In this document: one piece after another, positions 31,096 to 41,362 of the stretch | Position numbering within the stretch: the stretch's first letter is position 1 | Layout: every line of letters begins with the position of its first letter | Assembly (NCBI GenBank): GCA_902624345.1 | Contig: CACNXI010000001.1 | Span: 11,082-75,081 of the forward strand | DNA from: an uncultured Pelagibacteraceae bacterium | GTDB taxonomy: Bacteria; Pseudomonadota; Alphaproteobacteria; Pelagibacterales; Pelagibacteraceae | DNA: 64,000 nt | Direction: 5' to 3' | Made by a program: the position numbers and the translations under genes | Notes under the pieces: generated by a model | The model's input: the letters and a program-made list of their open reading frames with translations, nothing else | Told to the model about the DNA's origin: nothing | Databases searched by the model: none

Positions 31096-32298
31096 TTATA
31101 AAATCGTTGGATTGAGTTTGTTTTTAATTAAAAACAGCAGAATTAAGGAAATTAAAATATAGCCACCTGAAATCATAGATATCTGTTCTATAGAAAAATC
31201 AAAGTCTATCATTAATCCAAAAAGAGCCGTTCCAAATGCTGTTGAAAATACCATTAATGCAGTGGTTAATGCTTTGATAGATCCTATAAACTTAACTCCA
31301 TATAATTCAGCCCATGTCGATGAACCTAAAACGTTTGCAAAACCATTTGATACTCCAATTAATCCAAGGAAGAAAAATGAGGAAACTGGCGATTTAAAGT
31401 AAATTAAAATTAATAAAGAAATTAAAAAAGGAATATTCATGTATATAAGTAGTTTTCGACTTGTAAATTTATCAATCAAATAGCCTGCTATGAACAAAGT
31501 TAAAACTGACGCTATTGAATAAACCATAAAAGATTGAGCAATAGTATATTCACCCCAATTTTTTGCAGATAAAATAAATGATTGATAAACAAATATACCT
31601 GTGGCTATCCAGGGCATCGCTAGCATATTTAATGCTATAATAATAAATCTATAGTCTTTAATAACTTCAGATCTTTTCCATTGTTTTATATTTTCTTTAA
31701 TAACCTCATTGTCATCCTCTCTCGATGAAAGTTTAACCTCTTTAACTAAAAAGTAGGATACTAAAGGGAGAAATAAAATTATCGCGAGTGAAATAATAAT
31801 CCATATATTTCTCCAATCTATTATTGTTAAAGCATAAATTATTGTAACAGGCATTAAAAATTCTGCTGTAGATAAACCAAACCATCCAGTACTAAGAGCT
31901 TTGCCCCTTGTGTTAGTGAAGTATCTGGATATTGTAGTAGAAGCAGTGTGAGACATCATTCCTTGACCAGAAAATCTCATAAGCAATATTGCAATAAATA
32001 GAAATGTTATTGAATTAATTTTTGAAAAGGTAAAAGTTGAAATTGCAAGTAATGATATTACAAAAAAAGAAAATTTTAAAACATCAAAGTCATCAATCTT
32101 TTTTCCAACCCAAATTAAGATTATGCTACTGAGTAGAGTGGCAGATGCATAGATTGAGCCAAATTGTCCATGAGTAATATCTAATTCATTTCTTATACTT
32201 TCATTGAACAATCCTAAAAAAAAACTCTGTCCAAAGCTTGAAAAAAATGTAAATATAAATCCAAAAATAATTACTTTAATACTTAAATTTTTTAACAT
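31096..32298 (-). CDS. MFS transporter
   Basis: ~12 hydrophobic segments, GKKID and GYLIDKF loop motifs. Confidence 0.88.
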   Translation of the reverse strand: MLKNLSIKVIIFGFIFTFFSSFGQSFFLGLFNESIRNELDITHGQFGSIYASATLLSSIILIWVGKKIDDFDVLKFSFFVISLLAISTFTFSKINSITFLFIAILLMRFSGQGMMSHTASTTISRYFTNTRGKALSTGWFGLSTAEFLMPVTIIYALTIIDWRNIWIIISLAIILFLPLVSYFLVKEVKLSSREDDNEVIKENIKQWKRSEVIKDYRFIIIALNMLAMPWIATGIFVYQSFILSAKNWGEYTIAQSFMVYSIASVLTLFIAGYLIDKFTSRKLLIYMNIPFLISLLILIYFKSPVSSFFFLGLIGVSNGFANVLGSSTWAELYGVKFIGSIKALTTALMVFSTAFGTALFGLMIDFDFSIEQISMISGGYILISLILLFLIKNKLNPTIL

Positions 32299-32304
32299 TA
32301 AATT

Positions 32305-33174
32305 ATGTCTTGTAACGTTGCTTTCATTGGTCTTGGTGTAATGGGATATCCCATGGCTGGTTATATATCAAAAGGCGGTCACAATGTAACTGTTTATAAT
32401 AGAACAGGATCTAAAGCTGATAAATGGCTAAAAGATTTCAAAGGAAAAAAAGCTGACACACCTAAAGATGCTGCAAAAGACGCTGATTATGTTTTTACAT
32501 GCGTAGGAAACGATAATGATTTAAGAGAAGTTACATTTGGAGAGAATGGAATATTTAAATCAATTAAAAAAGGAGCAGTTTACATAGATAACACAACTGC
32601 TTCTGCAACAATAGCACGAGAAATTTATTCACACGCAAAAAAAAATGGTTTTGGTTTTCTAGATGCACCCGTATCTGGTGGTCAAGCTGGTGCTGAGAAT
32701 GGTGCCTTAACTGTTATGGTTGGTGGAGACCAAGGTGATTTTGATAAAGCATTAGACAAAATTGATTGTTACAGCAAAAAAGTAAAGTTATTAGGTAAAT
32801 CAGGTTCAGGTCAATTAGCAAAGATGGTTAATCAAATTTGTATTGCAGGATTAGTGCAAGGATTATCAGAAGCAATTAACTTTGGTCAAAAAGCAGGATT
32901 AAACATGGAAGATGTTATTGAAGTTATTTCAAAAGGCGCTGCTCAGTCTTGGCAAATGGAGAACCGATATAAAACAATGCTAGAAGATAAATTTGATTTT
33001 GGATTTGCTGTAGATTGGATGAGAAAAGATCTTAAAATTGCAATGGAAGAAGCAAAGAATAATGGATCATTGTTACCAATTACAGAAATAATTGATAAAT
33101 ATTATGCTGAAGTTCAAGACATGGGTGGTAAAAGATGGGATACTTCAAGCTTAATAAAAAGATTTAGAAAGTAA
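32305..33174 (+). CDS. NAD(P)-dependent beta-hydroxyacid dehydrogenase (3-hydroxyisobutyrate DH family)
   Basis: GLGVMG, DAPVSGG, KMVNQ, KDL. Confidence 0.92.
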   Translation: MSCNVAFIGLGVMGYPMAGYISKGGHNVTVYNRTGSKADKWLKDFKGKKADTPKDAAKDADYVFTCVGNDNDLREVTFGENGIFKSIKKGAVYIDNTTASATIAREIYSHAKKNGFGFLDAPVSGGQAGAENGALTVMVGGDQGDFDKALDKIDCYSKKVKLLGKSGSGQLAKMVNQICIAGLVQGLSEAINFGQKAGLNMEDVIEVISKGAAQSWQMENRYKTMLEDKFDFGFAVDWMRKDLKIAMEEAKNNGSLLPITEIIDKYYAEVQDMGGKRWDTSSLIKRFRK

Positions 33175-33178
33175 AAGT

Positions 33179-33778
33179 ATGCAGCCTGCGTACTATGAAG
33201 ACTTCACAGAAATAAAGAAGAAAATATGGTCAATGCTAGATGATGCAGTGACTAATAGGGGTTCTCAATTTAGAATTCCAACTTTTATATGTGGTCATAA
33301 TAACGATTTAGATGGAAGAATTGTTGTTTTAAGAAAGTCAGACCAGCAAAATAACTTAGTTCAATTTCACAGTGATATAAGATCAGATAAAATAGAATTA
33401 CTTAAAAATAATCCCAATGCAGCACTTTTGTTTTATGATAAAGATGAAAAAATCCAGGTTCGACTTAAAGTAAACTGTATTATAAACTACAAAAACGATA
33501 TCACTAAGAATTCTTGGGAAAAAACTCAACATATAAGCCGTAAATGTTATTTGGTTGATAATGGTCCAGGTACAGAGTCTGATGTTCCAACATCAGGATT
33601 AAAACCCGAGTTAGATAATTTTGATTATACAAAAGAACAAAGTGAAGAAGGTTATAAAAACTTCACTGTTATTCAGTGTAAAATAAAGTCTATTGAGTGG
33701 TTATATCTTGCAGCTAAAGGCCATCGAAGGGCAAAATTTGATTTGGAAAACAACAAAGATACTTGGTTAATTCCTTAA
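33179..33778 (+). CDS. Pyridoxamine 5'-phosphate oxidase family FMN-binding protein
   Basis: RIVVLR, FHSDIRSDK, QVR, WLYL...HRR. Confidence 0.82.
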   Translation: MQPAYYEDFTEIKKKIWSMLDDAVTNRGSQFRIPTFICGHNNDLDGRIVVLRKSDQQNNLVQFHSDIRSDKIELLKNNPNAALLFYDKDEKIQVRLKVNCIINYKNDITKNSWEKTQHISRKCYLVDNGPGTESDVPTSGLKPELDNFDYTKEQSEEGYKNFTVIQCKIKSIEWLYLAAKGHRRAKFDLENNKDTWLIP

Positions 33779-34006
33779 GAACAAAATTTTAAATTATCGA
33801 GACTATACAAAATAACTAGGTTGTATTCAATTTATATATTTGTCTTTTTAGAAAATAAATTAATTGATCAAAAATTTTATTATGTGAAAATTGAATAAAG
33901 GAGGTTTAAACTATGAAATTACCACCAGATACTTAGCTGGTGAGATTAAAATCAAATAAAACTAAAAATAAAATCCATTATATGGATTTAGCCAAAGGGC
34001 ATAATT

Positions 34007-34046
34007 AAGGGGAGCTCTTACGGCACAACCTAAGAGCGACCCCCTT
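34007..34046. other. GC-rich extended hairpin in a 270-bp intergenic region (terminator or structured-RNA element)
   Basis: AAGGGG/CCCCTT outer stem and GCTCTTA/TAAGAGC inner stem. Confidence 0.65.
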
Positions 34047-34051
34047 CTAAA

Positions 34052-34564
34052 CTAAAAAATACTTTTAGAATATTTTTTCCAATTATCTTGATAATGTTTA
34101 GTATTTTCAAAAACTGCTTTTTTTTCGTCTTCAGTCACTTGTCTAATAATTTTTCCTGGAGATCCTACAACTAGAGAATTATCTGGTATCTCTTTATTTT
34201 CTGTAATCAAAGCTTTGGCACCTATAATACAATTTTTTCCTATCTTTGCTTTGTTAAGGATCACTGCACCAATTCCAATTAAACTATTGTCACCAATTGT
34301 GCATCCATGAAGCATCACTAAATGTCCAATGGTTACATTTTTTCCAACTTTCAAAGGACAACCTGGATCAGTGTGTAAGACACAACCATCTTGAACGTTT
34401 GAGCCCTCACCTATATGAATATTTTCAATGTCACCTCTTAAGGTTGCATTAAACCAAACACTTGTATTTTTATCTAATGTTACATCTCCAATAATAACAG
34501 CATTAGGAGCTACCCAATTTTCGCCAGAGTTTTTTGGTTTTTTATTTTCCAAATCGTAAAACAT
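34052..34564 (-). CDS. Gamma carbonic anhydrase family protein
   Basis: LRGD, SNVQDG..LH, GH..MLHGC hexapeptide repeats. Confidence 0.92.
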   Translation of the reverse strand: MFYDLENKKPKNSGENWVAPNAVIIGDVTLDKNTSVWFNATLRGDIENIHIGEGSNVQDGCVLHTDPGCPLKVGKNVTIGHLVMLHGCTIGDNSLIGIGAVILNKAKIGKNCIIGAKALITENKEIPDNSLVVGSPGKIIRQVTEDEKKAVFENTKHYQDNWKKYSKSIF

Positions 34565-34581
34565 AATTTATATATTCTAAC

Positions 34582-35136
34582 ATGGCACTTTTAAAAACTC
34601 CAATATGTGATTTCGGTCTGAATGCAATAGATTTTAAGCTTAAATCAATTAATGGGGAATTATTAACATTGAATGATGTCAAAGGTAATAACGGCACCTT
34701 AATAATGTTTATTTGTAATCATTGTCCTTATGTGAAAGCTATAATAAGAGAACTTGCTGATGATTGTGCAAAACTTAAAGAAGATGGCATTAACTCAGTT
34801 GCGATAATGTCAAATGATACCAAAAACTATCCAGAAGACTCTTTTGAAAACATGAAAAAGTTTTCTGATAGATATAAATTTTCATTTCCATATTTAATTG
34901 ATGAAACTCAAGAAATTGCAAAAAAATATGATGCAGTTTGTACTCCAGACTTCTTTGGCTACAACAAAAACCTTGAGCTAAATTACAGAGGAAGAATAAG
35001 AGAATTAAATGATTTAAAACCTGTCGGTGCTGGCGACAGTGAGTTGCTTAAATCAATGAAGTTAATTGCTAAAACTCAACAAGGTCCAAAAGAACAATAT
35101 CCTAGTATGGGATGCAGTATAAAATGGTTTAAATAA
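34582..35136 (+). CDS. Thioredoxin/AhpC-TSA family protein
   Basis: FICNHCPYV, AVCTPDF, GCSIKW. Confidence 0.9.
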   Translation: MALLKTPICDFGLNAIDFKLKSINGELLTLNDVKGNNGTLIMFICNHCPYVKAIIRELADDCAKLKEDGINSVAIMSNDTKNYPEDSFENMKKFSDRYKFSFPYLIDETQEIAKKYDAVCTPDFFGYNKNLELNYRGRIRELNDLKPVGAGDSELLKSMKLIAKTQQGPKEQYPSMGCSIKWFK

Positions 35137-36224
35137 TGAATTTAATTATCACAAGAAATTTTCCACCTGATGTTGGAGGTATGCAAAATCTTATGTTTGG
35201 CCTTACAAAATCACTGTCGGAACATATGATGGTTAAAGTATTTGCTGATGAACATTATCAGCAGGAAAAATTTGACGATGATTTATCATTTTCAATTGAA
35301 AGAGTTGGAGGGCCAAAAATATTTAGAAAATTTAGAAAAGCTTCATTAATTAATAACTACCTACAAAAAAATACTAAAGTAAAAAATATCATCTCTGATC
35401 ATTGGAAAAGTTTAGAAAACATCAATACAAAAATAAGAAAAACATGCCTTATTCACTCTAAAGAGATAAATCATAAAAAAGATTCTTTTCTTAATAAAAG
35501 AGTTGTTAGAGTGTTAAACAACTGCGATCATATCATTGCGAATTCAAACTTTACAAAAAATCTAGGTATTGAAATTGGTGTTAATGAGGAAAAAATCAAA
35601 GTTATAAATCCGGGTGTATTTCCAAGAGAGGAAGTAAATCCAAAGATAGATGAAAAAATATTAAAGAAACTTGAGGGAAAAGAGCCAAGACTAATCACTG
35701 TTGCTAGATTTGATAAAAGAAAAAATCATGAAAAAATAATTATGTCTTTGAGAAATTTGAAAGAAATTTACCCAAACATAATTTATATTTGTATAGGTCA
35801 AGGAGATACTTTGGAGTCTCAAGAAAAACTTATCAAAGAATTAAAACTTGAAAGTAATGTTTTATTTTTAAAAAATTTATCAAAAGATGAAAAAAACTCT
35901 TACTTAAAAAATTCAAATGTTTTTGTTATGCCATCAATTTCTTATAAAAAATCTGTAGAAGGATTTGGAATTGTCTATGTTGAGGCAGCTCAATATGGAG
36001 TTCCATCAATTGGTGGAAAGGTTGGTGGTGCATCTGACGCAATTATCAATAATGAAACTGGCCTACTTTGTGATGGAAACAATTTAGATGAAATCTATCA
36101 AAGTTTAGTTGATATATTGCAGAATAATAAATTTAAAGTTTTAGGAAAAAATGCAGAAGAAAATGCAAAAAAATTTCTTTGGCCAGAAATCTTAAAAAAA
36201 TATTTAGAGATTTTAAAGAACTAA
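35136..36224 (+). CDS. Glycosyltransferase family 4
   Basis: FPPDVGG, EGFGIVYVEA. Confidence 0.9.
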   Translation: MNLIITRNFPPDVGGMQNLMFGLTKSLSEHMMVKVFADEHYQQEKFDDDLSFSIERVGGPKIFRKFRKASLINNYLQKNTKVKNIISDHWKSLENINTKIRKTCLIHSKEINHKKDSFLNKRVVRVLNNCDHIIANSNFTKNLGIEIGVNEEKIKVINPGVFPREEVNPKIDEKILKKLEGKEPRLITVARFDKRKNHEKIIMSLRNLKEIYPNIIYICIGQGDTLESQEKLIKELKLESNVLFLKNLSKDEKNSYLKNSNVFVMPSISYKKSVEGFGIVYVEAAQYGVPSIGGKVGGASDAIINNETGLLCDGNNLDEIYQSLVDILQNNKFKVLGKNAEENAKKFLWPEILKKYLEILKN

Positions 36225-37142
36225 TCTTTCAAAAACTTTCTCTGCACTTAAATTTTTCAAGTCACTCACTTGTATTGCTTTGAAGTTTTCCCTCTCAATA
36301 CTTACTTTGTGAGCTGTTGTATGACTGCCAAACAACGATAGACCTTTAACATTCAAATGTGCTGCAATATGTGCAGGACCTGTATCATTAGCAACGACAA
36401 ATTTGCTTTTCTTAATTAAACCTGCAAGTTCCGAAATAGAAATAGCTTTATCTTCTTTTAGAATAGAAACAGCATCTAACTTTTTGGCTTTTTCTATTTC
36501 ATCAGGACCAGGAGCTATCACTATTTTTAGATTAGGATGATTTTGTTTTATAAGTTTTATTAATTGATCGTAATATGGCCATTTCTTTTGCTGTAAGTGC
36601 TCAGAGCAGAATGGAAATAACAATATGTAATCAGATAAATTATATTTAGAAATAATTTTATCGATATTAGAACAACCCCAAGAAAAATCTGGCTTTAAAG
36701 TGTGAAATGTTTTTAAACCAGATATCTTTAATTGGTGATCAAATCTTTCTAATACTGGTTTTTTATCAAATTCTTTTTTAGTTTCATTTGCTGGAAGAGT
36801 AGTTTCAGAAGAAGACCATTTATAAGATCCTAAATTAGGAAATAAAATTCTTTTATAAAATGAAGTCCTTGAGGAATTCTGTAGATCGTAGACCTTCGTA
36901 AACTTATGTTGTTTAATTTTTTTCATTAAAGAAAAAAGATAGATCAAATTAAACCTGGACAATCTTTTATCGACAATTACTTCTTTGATATTGGGATTTT
37001 TTTTGAAAAGATCTGAATATACGTGAGATGTTAATAAATAAATAAAATCATCTTTATGGTTGTCATAAATATCTTGAATTGCCCCACTCGCTTGAGCTAT
37101 ATCTCCTAGTGATCCGTGCTTTATGATTAATATATTAGACAT
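36213..37142 (-). CDS. Glycosyltransferase family 9 (heptosyltransferase-like)
   Basis: SLGD, KKWP, NDTGPAHIA. Confidence 0.9.
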   Translation of the reverse strand: MSNILIIKHGSLGDIAQASGAIQDIYDNHKDDFIYLLTSHVYSDLFKKNPNIKEVIVDKRLSRFNLIYLFSLMKKIKQHKFTKVYDLQNSSRTSFYKRILFPNLGSYKWSSSETTLPANETKKEFDKKPVLERFDHQLKISGLKTFHTLKPDFSWGCSNIDKIISKYNLSDYILLFPFCSEHLQQKKWPYYDQLIKLIKQNHPNLKIVIAPGPDEIEKAKKLDAVSILKEDKAISISELAGLIKKSKFVVANDTGPAHIAAHLNVKGLSLFGSHTTAHKVSIERENFKAIQVSDLKNLSAEKVFERLVL

Positions 37143-37174
37143 ATTTTTAACAATTTATCACACTATAAAATTTT

Positions 37175-37564
37175 ATGAATAAAATATTAGTTGAAGTATC
37201 TGTTGGTGAGTTATTAGATAAATTAACTATCCTTGAAATCAAAAAAGACAAAATCAAAGACTCAGAAAAATTAAAATTCATAAATTTAGAATATGATTCT
37301 TTAAAGGAACAATATGATAAAAATGTGAAAGTTGATGAAAAGATTAAGAGTCTTTTCTCTAAATTAAAAGAAATAAATGCTAAACTGTGGGATATTGAAG
37401 ATAATAAAAGACAATGCGAAAAAGATTCAAAATTCGATGATCATTTCATTTTATTATCAAGAGAGATCCACTTCTTAAACGACAAACGAGCAAGTATTAA
37501 GTTAGAAATAAATAATCACACTGGATCTAATATTAAAGAGATTAAAGAGTATACTAAATATTAA
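37175..37564 (+). CDS. DUF6165-like conserved protein
   Basis: VSVGELLDKLTILEIK, LWDIED, NDKRA..K pattern. Confidence 0.7.
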   Translation: MNKILVEVSVGELLDKLTILEIKKDKIKDSEKLKFINLEYDSLKEQYDKNVKVDEKIKSLFSKLKEINAKLWDIEDNKRQCEKDSKFDDHFILLSREIHFLNDKRASIKLEINNHTGSNIKEIKEYTKY

Positions 37565-38605
37565 TTATTTATTAAGAGAAGATGCAAAATTCCAAGAACA
37601 ATCAAAGCTTGGGATATAAACTCTATCTAATGACGTATTGCCAAAACTTTTTTCAAAAAGATTTAACCATTTATCAACTTGTTTAGGTTTTTTATCCTGG
37701 CTTCCGACTTGTGCAGTTATTGTTCCATTTGGCTTAAGAATTCTTTTTAAAGATTTGATATTTTTTGCGGCCAAATCAATACAATACTGATCATCGTTTA
37801 AGTCCACATAAATTTTATCATACTTATTATCTTCAACTGATTTAATACTTTCAAATGCATCTCCCCATACACACTGTACATGATTTTTTGTCGTTGCTTT
37901 CTTACCTACTTTAGATAAATATTTTTCACACATTGTTACAACTTCAGGGTCTAATTCATACCAATCAATTAATTTAAAACCTTTAGAGATACATTCTCTT
38001 GCTACTCCTCCATCCCCTCCACCAATAATTGCAGTTTTATCATTTGATGGATTAAGTTTTAAACCAGATTTAACAAAAGTTGAGCTATACAAATGTTCGT
38101 CATTTTCTGCTACTTGAAGTTCGCCGTCTATAAAAAGGGATTTACCAAACTGTTCTAAATCTAAAATTTCAATGTTTTGACCAACTTTTGATGTAAAGTT
38201 TTCTAAAACATCTTTTACCATGTAATATTTTTTTAAACCTGGTGAGCTATAAATATCATCATAATAGCTTATGGTGTCTCTATTAAACTCTTTTTTAACA
38301 ATTCTTTTATGTTTGATTTCTTTTTTTAAAATATCATAAGCAACATTAGGATTTACTTTTCCGCACGTAAAAAAATCAAAACTTATAATTCCTCTCTCAG
38401 GGAAAGTATGAAAACTAATATGACTTTCGGCTAATAAAGCCACAAGAGTAAAGCCTTGTGGTTCGAACTTATATTTTGAAATCTCTAAAACAGTTACTTT
38501 TGCCTTCTTTGATATCTTGTAGACCAGTTTTTCAAAGAATTTTGGTTCGTACTCTTTTTCAGTACCTATGATATCTAAAGTGACGTGCTCCCCAACCTTC
38601 GTCAT
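37565..38605 (-). CDS. Fused S-adenosylmethionine decarboxylase / aminopropyltransferase (SpeD-SpeE)
   Basis: N-terminal LLAESHISFHTFPE...DFFTCG; C-terminal LFIDG..Q, IIGGGDGG, ELD. Confidence 0.9.
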   Translation of the reverse strand: MTKVGEHVTLDIIGTEKEYEPKFFEKLVYKISKKAKVTVLEISKYKFEPQGFTLVALLAESHISFHTFPERGIISFDFFTCGKVNPNVAYDILKKEIKHKRIVKKEFNRDTISYYDDIYSSPGLKKYYMVKDVLENFTSKVGQNIEILDLEQFGKSLFIDGELQVAENDEHLYSSTFVKSGLKLNPSNDKTAIIGGGDGGVARECISKGFKLIDWYELDPEVVTMCEKYLSKVGKKATTKNHVQCVWGDAFESIKSVEDNKYDKIYVDLNDDQYCIDLAAKNIKSLKRILKPNGTITAQVGSQDKKPKQVDKWLNLFEKSFGNTSLDRVYIPSFDCSWNFASSLNK

Positions 38606-38611
38606 AAAAAG

Positions 38612-39259
38612 TTATCCTTTTTTATAGTTTTTAACTTTTTCTAATATTACATCCATCTCACTTGATGAAAGAATCTTAGGATCTCCTAACTTTATTGCAT
38701 TTATGTATTGATGGCAAATATTTTCAACTTCTTCTGCAAGTTCGAAAGCTGAGTTCAAGTTATCCCCATAAGCAACTTGACCGTGATTAGACATCAAGCA
38801 TGCTTTTCTATTTTCTAATGCTTCAATAATATTGTCAGATAGTTCTTGTGTTCCAAAAGTTGCATACTTTGCACACCTTATATTGTCTCCTCCAGCTAAC
38901 GCTATCATGTAATGAAAAGCTGGAATGTCTTTATTGTGTGCAGATACAGCTGTTGCGTGTGGTGAATGTGCATGAACGACGGCTTTTGCATCTGCCTTCT
39001 TTAAATAAATATCTTTATGAAATCTCCATTCCGAAGAAGGCTGCAAACCTTTTTCATCATATCTCCCCTCTAAAGATACAAATACGATATCATTAGCTTT
39101 TAAACTGTCGTATTTTTTGCCTGATGGAGTAATTAAAAACCCCACTTCATTATTGTTCTGAGCTTTAAGTGAAATATTTCCTGATCTTAATGGAGATAAA
39201 TTTGTACTATTTAATTTTTGAGCAAATTTTATTATTTCTTCTTTACTTTTAACGTCCAT
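38612..39259 (-). CDS. Class II aldolase (FucA-like; probable methylthioribulose-1-P/5-deoxyribulose-1-P aldolase)
   Basis: SGNIS, ITPSG, PSSEW.FH, HAHS, NHG; downstream of mtnA. Confidence 0.85.
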   Translation of the reverse strand: MDVKSKEEIIKFAQKLNSTNLSPLRSGNISLKAQNNNEVGFLITPSGKKYDSLKANDIVFVSLEGRYDEKGLQPSSEWRFHKDIYLKKADAKAVVHAHSPHATAVSAHNKDIPAFHYMIALAGGDNIRCAKYATFGTQELSDNIIEALENRKACLMSNHGQVAYGDNLNSAFELAEEVENICHQYINAIKLGDPKILSSSEMDVILEKVKNYKKG

Positions 39260-39572
39260 AATTTTTTAAATATTTTAAAAATAAATACCCAAAAATTACA
39301 CCTACGCCAATTAGAATATACTGATAGAGTTTTAATAATAAAAACTGTGGTGGAAGCTCGCTCTCATAAGGGTTTTGCAAAAAAAAGTTTTTTGAACCAT
39401 CTTCATATAAATCCACAGGTCCGATAACCAAATAAATTCCATAAATTGCTATATAAATACATGGGGCTAAAGATAGATAAATTAGTGTCTTATTATTTTT
39501 AACAATACTTAGCCAGTTAGCTGAAACTCCAACTAATAGAAGACAAATTAATGATAAAATAAGTGGGTTCAT
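39249..39572 (-). CDS. Hypothetical membrane protein (3 TM)
   Basis: 107 aa, three hydrophobic stretches, overlaps both neighbours on the same strand. Confidence 0.6.
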   Translation of the reverse strand: MNPLILSLICLLLVGVSANWLSIVKNNKTLIYLSLAPCIYIAIYGIYLVIGPVDLYEDGSKNFFLQNPYESELPPQFLLLKLYQYILIGVGVIFGYLFLKYLKNYGR

Positions 39573-40639
39573 TTAAATAAATTTTTTAATCCTTTTTCTG
39601 ATGCTTCACAAATACCTTTTTCTGTTATCAAACCAGTTATATATTTTGCTGGAGTAACATCAAATGCTAAATTCACTGCCTTACTTTTATTTGGATATAT
39701 CTGTATTTTTTTTATGTTTCCATCTTCGTCAACACCTTCAATTTTTGACAACTCATCTGAACTTCTTTCTTCGATTGGAATATCTTTAGAATTTTTAATT
39801 TTCCAATCGATAGTTGAACTTGGCAATGCTACATAAAATGGCACGTTATTATCACGTGCCGCAAGAGCTTTAAGATAAGTTCCTACTTTATTACATACAT
39901 CACCATTAGATAATGTTCGGTCAGTTCCAACAATACACATATCAACCTGTCCTCTTTGCATTAAAATTCCACCTGTATTATCTGCAATAATTGTATTTTT
40001 AATCCCTTCTTCATTTAATTCATAAGATGTTAAGTTTGCACCTTGATTTCTAGGCCTTGTTTCATCTGCCCAAACATGAACTGGAATTCCTTTCTTGTGT
40101 GCATGATATATTGGAGACGTAGCTGTGCCCCAATTGATTGTCGCCAACCATCCTGCATTGCAATGGGTAAGAATATTTACAGTATCTTTTTTTTTATCAT
40201 AAATATCCTCAATTATTTTGAGACCATTTAAACCAATATTTTTACAAAACTTTACATCTTCTTCACAAATTTCTTTTGCTTCATTTAATGCGATATTTAA
40301 AATTTTCTCACTATTAACTCCTGAAAGTTTACTCATCATTCTATCCACTGCCCATTTCAAATTAATTGCAGTCGGTCTTGATTTGATTAAATTCTCTGCT
40401 GATTTTTTTAAAAAAGATTGATCTCTATTCTCCAATAAAGCTAGTACTAAACCATATGCAGCAGTTGCGCCTATTAAAGGAGCACCTCTTACTTCCATAA
40501 TCTTAATAGCGTTAATCGCATCTTTGACTGTTTTTAAGTCTTTAATGGTAAACTGGTGTGGTAGTTTTGTTTGATCTATTATTTTTACAATATTGTTTTC
40601 AAACCAGATAGTCCTGTATTCTTTTCCTTCAATTTTCAT
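39569..40639 (-). CDS. mtnA: Methylthioribose-1-phosphate isomerase
   Basis: VRGAP.IG, RPTA, THCNAG, ETRP..QG, FDVTP. Confidence 0.96.
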   Translation of the reverse strand: MKIEGKEYRTIWFENNIVKIIDQTKLPHQFTIKDLKTVKDAINAIKIMEVRGAPLIGATAAYGLVLALLENRDQSFLKKSAENLIKSRPTAINLKWAVDRMMSKLSGVNSEKILNIALNEAKEICEEDVKFCKNIGLNGLKIIEDIYDKKKDTVNILTHCNAGWLATINWGTATSPIYHAHKKGIPVHVWADETRPRNQGANLTSYELNEEGIKNTIIADNTGGILMQRGQVDMCIVGTDRTLSNGDVCNKVGTYLKALAARDNNVPFYVALPSSTIDWKIKNSKDIPIEERSSDELSKIEGVDEDGNIKKIQIYPNKSKAVNLAFDVTPAKYITGLITEKGICEASEKGLKNLFK

Positions 40640-41097
40640 TAATCTATTATCTTCTTTTTTGCTTTAGTGTATTCTTCTTCCGAAAGATGTCCATCCTCGT
40701 ATAATTCTTTTAAGGTTTTAAGTTGATCAGCTAAATTTGTTTCAATTACATTTTTTGGTTTATCGATAATATTTGCCTCCAAACTATCAGAACCAGGACA
40801 ATTTTTTTTCCTCATCACCTTAATCAAATGGAATGTCCTATTGTTAGCTGCAAGTATTGCGTCATCTGCATTATTTAGTGATTGCGCCCATGCAGGCCAG
40901 AACAAAATAGCTCTTGCAAAATTACCACCTGATGATTTCGAAAATTCAGCTTCTTGTTTAATTTTTTTTACTTCTTCAATTTCTTGTTTCAATTCTGTAC
41001 AGTTTAAAAGATCATCACCTGGCTGAATTGTATCTACCAATAAGGGTTTGGCACAAGAGGAAATTAAAAAAACAAGTAAAATTAGAATGTTTTTCAT
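40639..41097 (-). CDS. Lipoprotein with C-terminal SHOCT domain
   Basis: Lipobox LISSC; C-terminal LKTLKELYEDGHLSEEEYTKAKKKI. Confidence 0.75.
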   Translation of the reverse strand: MKNILILLVFLISSCAKPLLVDTIQPGDDLLNCTELKQEIEEVKKIKQEAEFSKSSGGNFARAILFWPAWAQSLNNADDAILAANNRTFHLIKVMRKKNCPGSDSLEANIIDKPKNVIETNLADQLKTLKELYEDGHLSEEEYTKAKKKIID

Positions 41098-41362
41098 TTT
41101 ATAATAATTAGTATTAACGATAAACCCTGATTCATAAAATTAATAGCTAAGGTGGATATGAATAAATACTATAAATACCTTGTTAAAAAAATTAGAGAAT
41201 GTGGTATTTATGCAACAAAAAATACCCTTTATTTTAGTGGTTTTTTTATAAATTCAACTTTGAGGCCATAAATTATTGGCTCGCTTTTCTATACTTTTAA
41301 AGATTATTTTGCTAAATAATCTGCTTAATATTAATTAATTAATAATAATAAGAGAGTACAAC

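Noticed and set aside
33913-34008. Programmed TAG read-through (pyrrolysine-like) giving a 31-aa peptide
   Set aside because: No supporting machinery seen; a short open frame after the stop can occur by chance. Kept only as a note in the sRNA finding
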